Below are positions 27,308 to 37,872 of a DNA stretch of 58,882 nt, piece after piece (positions within the stretch are counted from its first letter, which is position 1; every line of letters begins with the position of its first letter). This DNA is from a bacterium (lineage in GTDB: Bacteria > Armatimonadota > Chthonomonadetes > Chthonomonadales > Chthonomonadaceae). The stretch covers positions 1 through 58,882 of the forward strand of contig OMJJ01000119.1 of assembly GCA_900299305.1 (NCBI GenBank). Reading direction: 5' to 3'. Below the pieces are notes generated by a model. It did not search any database, was not told the origin of the DNA, and was given only the letters and a program-made list of their open reading frames with translations. A program made the position numbers and the translations under genes.

Positions 27308-27538
27308 GCTACTCTTGTGGTAAATATATAGTGTAGACAATTTTACACCTACATTTGCCGCGTAGCGCAAGGTTAGGGTAGAAGCGCAGTGAGGAGCGTA
27401 CAAGGTCGCGTATCTGTAGAGTGCGAGTCTCTTTGTCGGGAGAACTCCACTGCACCAAGATACAACATCCTTCAGAGCAACGTATCACACTGCGTTGCTC
27501 TACCTCTGTCGCAGAGATTTCCATAGCACTTCTCCCTT

Positions 27539-28081
27539 CTAGTTGGCATCTAGCCACTGCACTGCGGCAAGCACCGTTGTAAAGGTAACAGCGGGAACCA
27601 AGAACTGCTCTTGGCACACCGATTCGCCTGCGATGTACTCCGTTGCACCGGTATCAGCACCCAACTTTAGGCGCAGTTCGCGGCGGCAGTTACGAATAAC
27701 CATGCCGCAAGAGCCATCCAGGAAGATAGCCTCCTCATTCGGGGCTTTCGCCTCTAGGTCGCTTACCACCCAAAAGACATAAGGGCGGCTACCCAAAACC
27801 TGCTCTAGTGCCTCTCGTACTTTGAGGTACTGCTCTTGGCAGTAGGGCGTTAGTTGTAGGTAAGGGCTTGCATCTAGTCCTACGCGGGGGAGTACCTGTG
27901 CCATCTCCCAACCAAATTCGCGACAGAGTAGGTAGATTTCGCGCTCACCTATCTCTTGTGCCTCTCCTGCTTCCATCTGCGCGAGGCGTAGTTCCGATAT
28001 GCCCGTCTCTTGGGACAGAGCATAGATGCTGAGTTGCGCGGCGGCTCGCGCTTGGGCTAAAAGGATGTCAAACATGTTCAT
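27539..28081 (-). CDS. XRE-like HTH domain protein with uncharacterised C-terminal domain
   Basis: N-terminal LLAQARAAAQLSIYALSQETGISELRLAQMEAGE resembles a Cro/C1-type HTH. The C-terminal about 110 aa are unrecognised. Confidence 0.5.
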   Translation of the reverse strand: MNMFDILLAQARAAAQLSIYALSQETGISELRLAQMEAGEAQEIGEREIYLLCREFGWEMAQVLPRVGLDASPYLQLTPYCQEQYLKVREALEQVLGSRPYVFWVVSDLEAKAPNEEAIFLDGSCGMVIRNCRRELRLKLGADTGATEYIAGESVCQEQFLVPAVTFTTVLAAVQWLDAN

Positions 28082-28473
28082 TCCATGTTTCCTTGTGTTT
28101 AGGAAGGGGGCAACTAAGTGCCGTGCGCCTCTTGATCAGAGAGAGCGAAAACAGCGCATAGTCGCCCAAGTCGATGACGCTCGTTGGCGGGGTGAATCTG
28201 TGTGCAAGGGCGCGCACCTTGCGGGTTGCCAAGAGCCGAGTATCCGAAATTTCCGAACGACAAAAATAGCGTACCTAGTAGGATGGAATCGATTTCTAAC
28301 GCCTGAATGTAGGCTGGATAAGGGCATTTGAGGTGCTTTGGGGGGATTGGGAAGGCATAAACACAGAAGAGACCCTGAATAGAGGCTGAATAAACTTCTA
28401 ATACATCCCGAATGTACTCCCTGTAAAACTGCACGGCACGATAGCATATTGTCTCAAGAAGGAGAAGGCGAAA

Positions 28474-30453
28474 TTGAGCGAAAAAAAAGTCAAAATATTT
28501 TTTCTAAGCGCATATTGCGCGGAAAACCAAGACCAAGAGTACATCGTACCAGTGGCTGGTGGGGATAATTTTAAGATGAAACTACTTGCCTATTATGTAA
28601 AACACATATTAGCAAATGGAGCATCCCCATGGACTGGTCAGGATGATATGGATATTGAGAGGCAGGTTTTCTCGAAAAATGCGCTCAATACGAGTAGTCG
28701 TCTCCCCAATCTTAGGAAGGAGTTATACAAATTTGTGGGTATCAATCAAAACAGAAGAGGAGATGAAACCTCTTTTTTATTGGCACTCAATAATCAAGAG
28801 CACACAGAGACGGATGTGCGCGTTTTCAAAACCTTAGCCGATGCTTTTACTCTTGGAGTAAAAACACCCTTGGAGGCGCAAGCATTCGTTACGCAAGCCG
28901 CTAGTTTGGTGTCAAACTCTCTTTTGCCCATGGAATGGCAAGAAGATTGGGTGCTATCTTGGCGCGAAGAGATAGACCAACTCTACGCTCAAGCACTAAA
29001 AAAGGCTTTCGCGGTATATTGGACAGACAACATACCAAAGGCTCCACATAAGTACGCAGAGGGATTGGAGCAGACTAAAAGTCTGTTCTCCCGTATCCAA
29101 AAGTATGTAGAATCGAAGGAGGGGAGTACAAAACTCTCTAAAGCATTCCCGCAAACATCTCGTAATGCCAGCGAAATTCTTGATAGCATTGGGAAGACAG
29201 AGTACAGACGATACAAAGGAACACCTAATATCGCTCTTGATACAATCGACCTAGTAAGGCAGGACGAGATCGTTCCGGTACAAGAGAGTAGGCAAGCCTC
29301 CGTAGGATTATCTACTGAAACACGCATCGCCTATACGCCAGAAGAGAGAAAGCAGGTTATCCTTATGGGGGTTGTTGCTCTATTTCACGGAGCTAAATTT
29401 GGAGAAATTCAGCAGATGTACTATAGCTTGGCAACTAGGCTAGATGATAGATTAGGCTTAGAGTGCAACTTATATCAGGAGGGGCTGATTATATTAAAAG
29501 AAGAAGAGGGCGAAACGGGTTTTCGCGTACTACTAGGAGAAACGCAAAATAGACAGGCGTGTATAGAAGCCTTCTGGTGGAATGTCAAAGACGATAGAGA
29601 AAAGGTTTGGGTTTGGATTACAAGTGCCTCAAAACATATTGATACCGTACCACACGATTTTTTGTATGGCATCAAATATCTGTTTTGCTACTGCCCGGAG
29701 GGTGTGGAGATGGGAGTATTACGTGTATGGCTAGAAAGTCCTATGCCATCGCCTCTATCCATAAAGACACAAGACACCGATAAACTCAAGGCACTACGAG
29801 TCTTAGCCTATGCTTATAAAGAAGAAGAGAGATTGCGTGGTAAGATAGAAGAGATTTTGGATAAATGGTGCAACACGGACAAGCGATATCTCCAACAAGT
29901 AAGTGCGGTACTGTGCGGGGCAGTATTGGTAAAGTATGCAAGTGGTGCAGAGAAAGGCTTAAAAATGTTGGAGGCACTGATGCAGGCAGAGGACCAAAAC
30001 CTTGTAGGGCATATTGGAGAGGCACTCTGCCGCTTCCTAGATGACACCCCTACAAGCACACTGAATATCTTGAAAATACTTGATTCCTATCGAAAATCGC
30101 CGGTAGGGATAGGTGTTTTTCTTACACTAATGAGCTATCGCCAGTCAGAAAAAGAGGCACATCTTCTCTTACAACACGCTTTGACAGAGCAAAAAATAAG
30201 GGACTATTGCCAAGAGCTATTCGCACTGGCGATACTAGACAACAAGTATAGCCAAATCGCTTGGAATCAGTTTGGCCGTTGGTATGAAGTAAGTAAGCAA
30301 GCAGAGGAGAAGGGCTATCTGAAGGTTGTGAAGCAGATGTATCGGCAGGGAGATAACCTCGCAGGAAAACCTATCCAAAGACGCTTAAAGCACTATATCG
30401 AACTGTATGAACCAAAGGCTATAGAGCTAATAGAAGAACTCCAAAGGAGTTAG
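28474..30453 (+). CDS. Large hypothetical protein, possible SARP-like winged-helix/BTAD N-terminus plus helical repeats
   Basis: 659 aa, noticeably AT-richer coding sequence. The N-terminal pattern (KIFFLS...KMKLLAYYV...LPNLRKELYKFVG...TETDVRVFKTLAD...DWVLSWREEIDQLYAQALK) loosely follows the SARP/BTAD layout. No P-loop seen. Confidence 0.35.
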   Translation: MSEKKVKIFFLSAYCAENQDQEYIVPVAGGDNFKMKLLAYYVKHILANGASPWTGQDDMDIERQVFSKNALNTSSRLPNLRKELYKFVGINQNRRGDETSFLLALNNQEHTETDVRVFKTLADAFTLGVKTPLEAQAFVTQAASLVSNSLLPMEWQEDWVLSWREEIDQLYAQALKKAFAVYWTDNIPKAPHKYAEGLEQTKSLFSRIQKYVESKEGSTKLSKAFPQTSRNASEILDSIGKTEYRRYKGTPNIALDTIDLVRQDEIVPVQESRQASVGLSTETRIAYTPEERKQVILMGVVALFHGAKFGEIQQMYYSLATRLDDRLGLECNLYQEGLIILKEEEGETGFRVLLGETQNRQACIEAFWWNVKDDREKVWVWITSASKHIDTVPHDFLYGIKYLFCYCPEGVEMGVLRVWLESPMPSPLSIKTQDTDKLKALRVLAYAYKEEERLRGKIEEILDKWCNTDKRYLQQVSAVLCGAVLVKYASGAEKGLKMLEALMQAEDQNLVGHIGEALCRFLDDTPTSTLNILKILDSYRKSPVGIGVFLTLMSYRQSEKEAHLLLQHALTEQKIRDYCQELFALAILDNKYSQIAWNQFGRWYEVSKQAEEKGYLKVVKQMYRQGDNLAGKPIQRRLKHYIELYEPKAIELIEELQRS

Positions 30454-30477
30454 AGAGAGCAGTGCCTGCTGGCTCCT

Positions 30478-31374
30478 CTACTCTTTGTGTGTCTTCTTAT
30501 AGTTTTTGTACCACGTATTGAGTTCGGGACCCCATTGAAAGCGTGGCGACTTATCGGGTTGGTAGCCCTGTAGATGTGCTTTATCAGTGCGAAGAGAGGG
30601 GTGAATATATCGCCAAGCGTTTCTACGAAACTCGGTGGCGATAAGTGCGTACAAATCGGGGTCGTACTTTTCCAGTTTTTCGCGGGTATCTACTCCGTTA
30701 TTGTCGTGGTTCGGTTGCTGGTTACAGTCAAAGTAGGACTGTACCCCCTCTGCCCAGTACTCCTCTGCATTGGTTGCGGCGTAGGTTCCCTTCCAAAGTT
30801 CTTTTTTAAGAGCAGACTGATAGGTCTGCTCTAGTTTTGCTTGGAACCCTGCGTCTAGCGTGTTCAACCCCATCAAGTGAATGGCGTGGGCAAACTCGTG
30901 TACAAGGATGTTTTCGCCTTTGTAAGGGTCTCCCCAAAACTCCAGCAGGTTCTCTTCTGCCGCGCTGACCGCAGGGCGTTCTTTGGTCGCCCCCAACCCT
31001 CGCGCCCGCCTATCCCAATACTTTGCTGGTGTGAGGTCGCTGTGTTCGGGGATTTGCGTGGTACGCTCGTCGTAAGCCATTATCGCAAGACGAATCCGAT
31101 TCTTGATGAGGGCTTGGCGTACATCCTCACGCCCTGCAAGCATCTTATCTACAATGTACCCCGCCTCTGCTACCGCAAAGTCCGATACCTTGTCCGAACC
31201 AAGTACAGGAAAGCCGCCTACCATCAGCCCTTTTTTATAGAAACTAGAGAGCCGAAATGTTTTGACAACACTCTTGGGGGGCGAGGTCACACGGTAGGGA
31301 GGCTCTGCCCAAAGAACCATGCTCCCCGCTATACAAAACAGACACAGAGACCCGATTTTCAAAACGCTTTTCAC
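30478..31374 (-). CDS. Secreted HExxH zinc metallopeptidase-like protein
   Basis: Signal peptide and ILVHEFAHAIH (HExxH) with downstream EEYWAEG. Confidence 0.6.
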   Translation of the reverse strand: MKSVLKIGSLCLFCIAGSMVLWAEPPYRVTSPPKSVVKTFRLSSFYKKGLMVGGFPVLGSDKVSDFAVAEAGYIVDKMLAGREDVRQALIKNRIRLAIMAYDERTTQIPEHSDLTPAKYWDRRARGLGATKERPAVSAAEENLLEFWGDPYKGENILVHEFAHAIHLMGLNTLDAGFQAKLEQTYQSALKKELWKGTYAATNAEEYWAEGVQSYFDCNQQPNHDNNGVDTREKLEKYDPDLYALIATEFRRNAWRYIHPSLRTDKAHLQGYQPDKSPRFQWGPELNTWYKNYKKTHKE

Positions 31375-31389
31375 AGAAAACGGCTCCCA

Positions 31390-33324
31390 TTATGCCATGC
31401 TCAGTGCTGGCTCTTTGGTCTCGCGTACCCTGCGCTCCCGCTCCAAGTAGATTTGTAGCACCTGAATATCGCCAGGGCGCAGACCGGGAATTCGGGAGGC
31501 TTGCCCTACGCTTTGGGGGCGTACTCGTTCTAACTTCTCTCGCCCCTCATAAGAGAGAGAGCGTACCCTGCTGTAGTCAATGTCAGAGGGTATCTCCACT
31601 GCTTCCAACTTCGCGTAGTGTTCTATCTGCATCTCTTGGCGGTGGATATAGCCCTCATACTTCGCCTGAATCTCTACCTGCTCGGCAACAGCGCGGGAGA
31701 TAGGTTGCTCTGGTAGATTGGTAGCGTCGAGTTGTTGCGCGAAATCGGAGAGCAGGGCGTAGTTCAGTTCGGTACGGCGCAGAAGTGAGAGCAGAGAGAC
31801 CTTGTTATCGCCGATAGGAACGGTTCCAAGTGCTTCTAGTTTGGGGCTGTCTTTGGGCATAACAAAGGTGTGCGCGAAGCGATTTGTCTCGCGCTCTATG
31901 GCGTTGCGCTTCTCATTAAACAGGTTCCAGCGGGTATCCGTCACCATCCCTGCTTCTCGTCCAATGGGAGTAAGGCGCAGGTCAGCGTTATCGTGGCGCA
32001 AAACGAGACGGTACTCTGCACGGGAGGTTAGCATACGGTAGGGGTCGGTAACGCCCTTCGTTACGAGGTCGTCTATCAGCACTCCGATATAACTGCCCTG
32101 ACGTGAGAGGGTGATAGCAGGTCGATTTTGTGCGAGTAGTCCCGCATTCATTCCTGCTACCAAGCCTTGTGCCGCCGCCTCTTCGTATCCGCTTGTTCCG
32201 TTTATCTGTCCTGCCAAAAACAGCCTACCTACTCCTTTTACCTCTAGGGTGGGTTGTAGTTGGTCGGGGAAAATCATATCATACTCTACCGCATAGCCGG
32301 CGCGTAGCATCTCCACATTCCGCAAGCCCGGAAGCGTTTTGAGAAAGGCTATCTGTACCTCTGCGGGGAGGCTGGTAGACATCCCTTGCACATAGACCGA
32401 GTTTCCTGCCCACGTCTCCTGCTCCAAAAAGACGGGGTGCGCCTCCTTATCTGCAAAGCGTACAATTTTATCTTCAATGCTAGGGCAGAACCGGGGTCCA
32501 ATACCCACAATATGCCCCCCGTACATCGCCGAGAGGTGTAGGTTCTCGCGGATGATAGTGTGGGTTGCAGTATTGGTATGGGTTTGCCAGCAGGGAAGGA
32601 GGGGGCGCGGCGGCGTAAGTTCTGAATTCAAGAAGGAGAAGGGAGGGCAGTCTTCCGAATCCTGCACCAGTGTCTCGTCAAAGTCGATGGTGTGGAGGTT
32701 GATACGGGGCGTGGTTCCCGTCTTAAAGCGTCCCATGCGTAGCCCAAAGCGTTGTAGGGAGGCGGATAGCCCCACACTGCGCTCTTCGCCATGCCTACCG
32801 CCATGAGTCTTCTTATCTCCGCAGTGCATCAGTCCATTCAGGAAGGTTCCAGTGGTAATCACTACCGCTTTGGCGAGCAGTTCTGTTCCGTCTGCAAGCA
32901 GTACCCCGCAGATATGCCAAGTACCATCGGGCAGTTGCTCCGAGAGAAGGTCTTCTACGGAGGCTTCGATAACGGTTAGGTGGGGGGTGTTTGCCAGTAC
33001 CTCCTGCATAAACTGCGGGTAGAGGTCTTTGTCAGCATGAGCGCGAAGGGTCTGTACTGCGGGTCCCTTGCCGGTTCCCACATAGCGGATATGCGTAAGG
33101 GATTTATCGGTGTTTACGCCCATCTCCCCACCCAGAGCGTCTACCTCACGGGCGAGATGCCCCTTTGCGGGTCCCCCAATAGAGCAGTTGCAGGGCATAT
33201 GCCCAATACGGTCACGCCGTAGCGTAACGACGGCGGTACTACATCCCATCCGCGCCGCCGCAAGCGATGCCTCGCACCCTGCGTGTCCGCCCCCTACCAC
33301 AATAACATCATAAGCCGTAACCAT
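31390..33324 (-). CDS. mnmG: tRNA uridine 5-carboxymethylaminomethyl modification enzyme MnmG (GidA)
   Basis: [18 protein letters not shown] motif and full-length collinearity with GidA motifs (GPRYCPSIEDK-like [30 protein letters not shown]). Confidence 0.95.
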   Translation of the reverse strand: MVTAYDVIVVGGGHAGCEASLAAARMGCSTAVVTLRRDRIGHMPCNCSIGGPAKGHLAREVDALGGEMGVNTDKSLTHIRYVGTGKGPAVQTLRAHADKDLYPQFMQEVLANTPHLTVIEASVEDLLSEQLPDGTWHICGVLLADGTELLAKAVVITTGTFLNGLMHCGDKKTHGGRHGEERSVGLSASLQRFGLRMGRFKTGTTPRINLHTIDFDETLVQDSEDCPPFSFLNSELTPPRPLLPCWQTHTNTATHTIIRENLHLSAMYGGHIVGIGPRFCPSIEDKIVRFADKEAHPVFLEQETWAGNSVYVQGMSTSLPAEVQIAFLKTLPGLRNVEMLRAGYAVEYDMIFPDQLQPTLEVKGVGRLFLAGQINGTSGYEEAAAQGLVAGMNAGLLAQNRPAITLSRQGSYIGVLIDDLVTKGVTDPYRMLTSRAEYRLVLRHDNADLRLTPIGREAGMVTDTRWNLFNEKRNAIERETNRFAHTFVMPKDSPKLEALGTVPIGDNKVSLLSLLRRTELNYALLSDFAQQLDATNLPEQPISRAVAEQVEIQAKYEGYIHRQEMQIEHYAKLEAVEIPSDIDYSRVRSLSYEGREKLERVRPQSVGQASRIPGLRPGDIQVLQIYLERERRVRETKEPALSMA

Positions 33325-33355
33325 GAACTACTCCATTTTTTGTTTCTATGTTCTA

Positions 33356-34336
33356 TTATAGCATGGGTAGCGGGGAACAGGAGGGGCAGATTATTGGGGG
33401 GGGTATCTGTTGGGTGGTGTTCATATTCTCTAGGCGGGTAATACGAGCGGTAGAACAGGCGCACTCTGCAAAACGCTGTATGTCCCACAAGTCGGCAAAA
33501 ACGCGCCCTCTCTGTTGGCGTAGTCCGTACTCTACGGCAGTCTCCAGTGTTTTGATTTTGGGAGGAGAGTAGTCGCCTTGCTCGCGTAACGCCTCCATCG
33601 CACCATTTCCATCACGGGTGGGAATGACACAACAGACGCTTGCCCCGCACCCAAAAGCGAAATCCAGCGACTTTTGTGCCCAATACAGCCCCTCCTCTTC
33701 GGAGAGAAAGGGGGGACGTAGCAGAAGGAACACCCGCAAATCTATGCCGTTCTGCGCCAAAAACTGCGCCGCCTCCTGAAACTGCGCTAGGGTTGTGCGT
33801 TTGTTTAGGCGTTTGAGTATGTCGGGGTGCGCTGTCTCTAAGCCTATCGCTACCTCTAGTTTTGCCGTGAGTAGGCGTTGAAAAGCGAGGGTGCGCCCAC
33901 CAATAAAGGCGGGGTGGCACTCCACAATAACGCGCTCGAAGGGGGTAAGCAGTTCGGCGATAGCGGGATAGTCTTCGGGGGGAATGGCTTGTGGGTCGAA
34001 GAAACTCCCCGCGTTGTACAGTTTTATCTGTTTGGCGGGGGGGAGTTGGGAGAGGGCAGTGCGAATCTGAGTAGGGATTGCCCCCAAAGGAACCCGTTCG
34101 TCGAGGGTGTTTTGCCATAAATCACACATCAGGCAACGAAAAGGGCACTCTTTGTTGGTAAGGAAGAGGGTTGCGGTGGAGATGGGAGAGCCGTCCGCCC
34201 CTATCTCCTCTTCCCAAAGTGAGGCGTAGGCGATAAGAGGGTTCAGCGGGTTTTTTGCCCCCCTCTTAGCAAGAATCCATTGTGTTTGCTCGCGTTTTGA
34301 GGTCGGTATCTGCATAACAAGGCTACTTTTAAACAA
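33356..34336 (-). CDS. Radical SAM protein (TIGR01210/archaeosine RaSEA-like type)
   Basis: CPFRCLMCDLW gives a CX3CX2C cluster motif. TIM-barrel-like length of 326 aa. Confidence 0.65.
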   Translation of the reverse strand: MFKSSLVMQIPTSKREQTQWILAKRGAKNPLNPLIAYASLWEEEIGADGSPISTATLFLTNKECPFRCLMCDLWQNTLDERVPLGAIPTQIRTALSQLPPAKQIKLYNAGSFFDPQAIPPEDYPAIAELLTPFERVIVECHPAFIGGRTLAFQRLLTAKLEVAIGLETAHPDILKRLNKRTTLAQFQEAAQFLAQNGIDLRVFLLLRPPFLSEEEGLYWAQKSLDFAFGCGASVCCVIPTRDGNGAMEALREQGDYSPPKIKTLETAVEYGLRQQRGRVFADLWDIQRFAECACSTARITRLENMNTTQQIPPPIICPSCSPLPML

Positions 34337-34392
34337 AAAGCCCCCTCTGAAAGTCGGTTTGTGCCGCTTCCAGAGGGGGCTATATTAAGGAG

Positions 34393-34605
34393 TTAGCGGT
34401 TTCCTTTGGACGCTTTGTACTTGTCTATCTCGTCCGCGAGCCGCACTCTTGTACCCGCAGGGTCTTTCTCCATCTGCGAGGTGTCTAAGCCTGTTGCGAG
34501 GCGTTTGCTGTTGTTCCCAGTTTTGGATACCGTCAAGCCAAGCACTGCCACTACGACGATAACGATAACCACCACCGCAACAACGGGATTGACTTGCGAC
34601 TTCAT
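34393..34605 (-). CDS. Small single-pass membrane protein
   Basis: 70 aa with TM helix VVAVVVIVIVVVAVLGL, starting 12 nt downstream of the pilin-like gene. Confidence 0.45.
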   Translation of the reverse strand: MKSQVNPVVAVVVIVIVVVAVLGLTVSKTGNNSKRLATGLDTSQMEKDPAGTRVRLADEIDKYKASKGNR

Positions 34606-34617
34606 TCGGTTATACCT

Positions 34618-35427
34618 CTACTGATTCAAGGGATGCAGTACAAGTTTTACGAGGTCGAAAAAAGAACCCGTTTTGTACTTGGCATGACCATCGGCATATA
34701 CCGCAAGAGTTGCACCTGTAGCGTTCTCTCCTGTACCGCCGAGTGCCTTAGGAATTACTGCAGCATCTCTTACTCCTTGGTGTGCGCCATAGGAGTTACA
34801 GAACGAGATGACAGCATCGGTAGGTGTACCTAGTTTTGCGAGAGGCTGACCGGCAAGGTAGAAGTCTTGCGGGTTGTTGCTATCGTAGGGAGGTCCGAGC
34901 AGGGGACCAATCAGGCGTACAAAGAGCTCCAGTGGGATACGGTTTACAGCAGGAGAGGGGTTTTGTCCTACTCCACCAAACGCATAACCGTAGGAGCCAT
35001 ATGCATTTAGGGGGAGGTTATCTGTCCCCATTACAACGGGGTCGCCGCCGAGAGTAGGGCAGAGGAACATCTGGTAGTTCTTTACGTAGGGCTGTAGTTT
35101 TGCCTCTATAAAGAGTCCGCGTTGCCCTTCTAGGTCTATCGACCAGACGGGAGGTCCTGCGGGTAGTCCTTTGCTAAGTCCGGTAGCATCATCGTTGGTA
35201 CGCCCATCTTGCATCAGCCAAGGGAACTGTTCATCGTAGTCTTGAACGTACATTAGGGTAGCAGTGCCAATCTGCTTGAGGTTAGAGAGACAGGTAGTTT
35301 TGCGGGCGGCTTCACGTGCTTTTGCAAACACGGGGAACAGGATCGCGGCGAGTATCGCAATAATAGCGATAACCACGAGAAGTTCAATCAGCGTAAACCC
35401 TCTTTTACTGCTTCGAAACATAGACAT
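34618..35427 (-). CDS. Prepilin-type N-terminal cleavage/methylation domain protein (DUF1559/H-X9-DG type)
   Basis: [45 protein letters not shown] is the canonical type IV pilin-like leader of this family. Confidence 0.9.
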   Translation of the reverse strand: MSMFRSSKRGFTLIELLVVIAIIAILAAILFPVFAKAREAARKTTCLSNLKQIGTATLMYVQDYDEQFPWLMQDGRTNDDATGLSKGLPAGPPVWSIDLEGQRGLFIEAKLQPYVKNYQMFLCPTLGGDPVVMGTDNLPLNAYGSYGYAFGGVGQNPSPAVNRIPLELFVRLIGPLLGPPYDSNNPQDFYLAGQPLAKLGTPTDAVISFCNSYGAHQGVRDAAVIPKALGGTGENATGATLAVYADGHAKYKTGSFFDLVKLVLHPLNQ

Positions 35428-35635
35428 TTCCTTTCCACATCCACAGATATATTTTATAGGTTAGTACAAGGCAAACGAAAAGATTTCCTACTAAAAACGT
35501 TTCGCCTCTTTCTTATTATAACAAGGTACATCTAACAAGAAAAGAGGCTTTTTGTGTTTTTAGCAAAATTTCTAAAACATAGGGATAGAATACCCTTAGA
35601 AGAGAGTTTGAGTCTCTCTTTTTGAAAAAAGATGT

Positions 35636-36808
35636 TTAGAATTCGTCATTCATCCACATCGTTGCGCCCCGCATCAGGTTTTGGAACGCTTGGTAGCCCT
35701 GCTCATCGTGAACTTGAAGCCTGTCCGCTTGTCGTATCGCGTCTAGGGTAGGAGAACCGAAATAGGCTTGGCTCATGGCTTGGATGTCTAACGAGAGTTG
35801 AGGTGTAGCGGTGGTACGTTTTACCGTTACATTTCCCGCCTCAAACTCTACGTGCCATGTACCGGTATTCCAGTCAGCATTTGCATCGTGAAGGGCGATG
35901 ACTACGCTTCCGCTCTGGTCTGCGTCGGGTTTCCACGCCTCTAAAGCGGGGGAAAAATCCACCACGCGCCCTTGCGTACAGGGTTGTAGCGTGGTTCCTA
36001 TGTCCCAGTGGTAGAACTGTGACCAGAGGGTATCGTCTATGGGCGCGCTCCAAGTAAACTTATCTGTCTGCATGGTGTGCCGCTTTAGAAGACCCAGTAA
36101 TCCCCTCTGGGCGCGTCCTGTTAGCGCAATAAACTCCCGTATTGGGGTCTTGTCCTGTTTGCTATGCCGTATTACCAGATAGCCTTCCGCTTTGCCGTCT
36201 CGTTCGTACAGGTAGGTATAGGTGTAGTGGTCGGCTCTATCTTTGAGAATGTCCCATGCGCGTTCGGCTCTCTGCAAGCACCCCCGATATTGAGTCACAA
36301 AGGTCTCATACATTTGACGAATGGCAGGAGTGTCTTGTTCCGTCGCAACGCGACAAAATTCGGTTTCGGGGCTACTAGGCAGAATAGTGGGGGATACAGA
36401 GTAGTCGCGTTTGGTTCCTACCCACTCCCAACCAAAGCGGCGGTAGTAGTCGAAACTAAAGGGGAAGAGCGTAGAGGTGATATGCCCTGTCTCGCGCATC
36501 TGTGCAATAGTGAACTCTAGGCACTTACCTGCGTAGCCCTTGCCCCTCACTGCCGGCATACACGCCACCCCGCCAATTCCTCCCATTGGTACAACGGCGC
36601 GGTCTGCCAGATAGATGCGGTAGTCGTTTACCACCACAACGGCTTGTAGCCCTGCGCTATCAAACACCCCGCAGGTATACGATTTGCCGTGCGTAGTATC
36701 GACCCAATCCCCTACGCTATCACGCCGCTCTCCGTGATGAAAGGCTTGCGCCCAAATCGGGTTGGCGAGAGGTATCTCTTCTGGTGTCAAAACTCGAATT
36801 TCCAACAT
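35636..36808 (-). CDS. GNAT N-acetyltransferase, Eis-like (GNAT plus SCP2-like C-terminus)
   Basis: 390 aa with acetyl-CoA site VRGKGYAGK and overall Eis/YpeA-like architecture. Confidence 0.7.
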   Translation of the reverse strand: MLEIRVLTPEEIPLANPIWAQAFHHGERRDSVGDWVDTTHGKSYTCGVFDSAGLQAVVVVNDYRIYLADRAVVPMGGIGGVACMPAVRGKGYAGKCLEFTIAQMRETGHITSTLFPFSFDYYRRFGWEWVGTKRDYSVSPTILPSSPETEFCRVATEQDTPAIRQMYETFVTQYRGCLQRAERAWDILKDRADHYTYTYLYERDGKAEGYLVIRHSKQDKTPIREFIALTGRAQRGLLGLLKRHTMQTDKFTWSAPIDDTLWSQFYHWDIGTTLQPCTQGRVVDFSPALEAWKPDADQSGSVVIALHDANADWNTGTWHVEFEAGNVTVKRTTATPQLSLDIQAMSQAYFGSPTLDAIRQADRLQVHDEQGYQAFQNLMRGATMWMNDEF

Positions 36809-36848
36809 GGGACTCCGTTTCTAAACTGTTCAGTAAGTAAACTATTTT

Positions 36849-37793
36849 CTAGGGGGAGGGTTCACGGCGCGGAACGCTTACCGTCCACATATCATGCGCG
36901 AGGTGGGCATTGGGGAAAATCTCTTGTGCCTCCGCCAACAACTCCGTTAGTCCTCTCTCGGTATCTCCCTCATAACGTGCGCTAAAGTGGGTCAGCGCGA
37001 GCATCTTCGCACCTGCCTGTAGTGCGACCTCCGCCGCCGACTTCGCAGTAGAGTGGTTTGCGCGGTCTGCCAAAGCCTTATCGGTGTGCATATAGGTCGC
37101 TTCGTGGATAAGCAAATCGCAGTCTTGCGCGAGTTCTATGGCGTTTGGCGTGAAGGTGGTATCTCCGCAGAACACGATTTTGCGCCCTTGCCTCTCTGCG
37201 CCCACAAGAGAAGCCCCCTCTATTGTGCGTCCATCGGGAAGCGTTACCGTCTCGCCGCGTTTGAGTTGTCCATAGAGCGGACCCTCTGGTATCCTTAACG
37301 CTTGTGCGCGTTCTACCTCAAAGCGTCCGGGCAGAGTTTTTTCGCATACCGCATACCCAAAGGTGGTAATGCCGTGCGCCATGGGGGCGGCAAAAACCTC
37401 TAACCTCTCTGTGTCGCACACCCTGCCCGGTTTGGTAATCTCTATCTGAATGGGGTACTGTAGCCGGGTGCGACTTGTGTCTAAGGAGCAACGGACATAC
37501 TCGGCAAGCCCTTGCGGTCCATAAATCGTAACCGGAGTCTCGATACCGTCTTGCAGAGAGCGGCTTGCGAGTAGCCCTACCAGTCCAAAAAGGTGGTCGC
37601 CGTGCAGGTGGGTAATAAATATCTTTTCGAGTTGGCTAAGGCGAAGCGGAGAGCGTAGTACCTGATGTTGCGTACCCTCTCCGCAGTCGAAGAGCCAGAG
37701 TTTGGACTGCTGGTCGAGTTGGAGCGCGATACTGGTAACGTTTCGTTTGCGAGTGGGCGCACCCGCGCTAGTGCCTAAGAAGGTAATCTTCAC
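36849..37793 (-). CDS. rnz: Ribonuclease Z
   Basis: [15 protein letters not shown].....L......LFDCGEGTQ and the HLHGDH metallo-beta-lactamase motif. Confidence 0.9.
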   Translation of the reverse strand: MKITFLGTSAGAPTRKRNVTSIALQLDQQSKLWLFDCGEGTQHQVLRSPLRLSQLEKIFITHLHGDHLFGLVGLLASRSLQDGIETPVTIYGPQGLAEYVRCSLDTSRTRLQYPIQIEITKPGRVCDTERLEVFAAPMAHGITTFGYAVCEKTLPGRFEVERAQALRIPEGPLYGQLKRGETVTLPDGRTIEGASLVGAERQGRKIVFCGDTTFTPNAIELAQDCDLLIHEATYMHTDKALADRANHSTAKSAAEVALQAGAKMLALTHFSARYEGDTERGLTELLAEAQEIFPNAHLAHDMWTVSVPRREPSP

Positions 37794-37837
37794 CTAAAAA
37801 AACCTTTGTAAAACCTTAAAATTTGTTTCAAAACCCC

Positions 37838-37866
37838 TTGACTTTTAGAAACAGACCCCCTAGAAT
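37838..37866 (+). promoter_or_regulatory. Near-consensus sigma-70 promoter
   Basis: TTGACT (37838-37843), 17-nt spacer, TAGAAT (37861-37866). No protein-coding ORF lies downstream. Confidence 0.6.
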
Positions 37867-37872
37867 AGAAAT

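Noticed and set aside
27309-27617. 102-aa minus-strand ORF.
   Set aside because: It spans an intergenic region and overlaps the end of the HTH gene in another frame. There are no motifs and no RBS.
30877-31458. 193-aa plus-strand ORF.
   Set aside because: It is antisense to the HExxH protein and the end of mnmG. The sequence is Arg/Cys/Pro-rich.
33612-34118. 168-aa minus-strand ORF in an alternative frame.
   Set aside because: It overlaps the radical SAM gene in a different frame. Its composition is Arg/Pro/Gly/His-rich, and the CX3CX2C-containing frame is clearly the real one.
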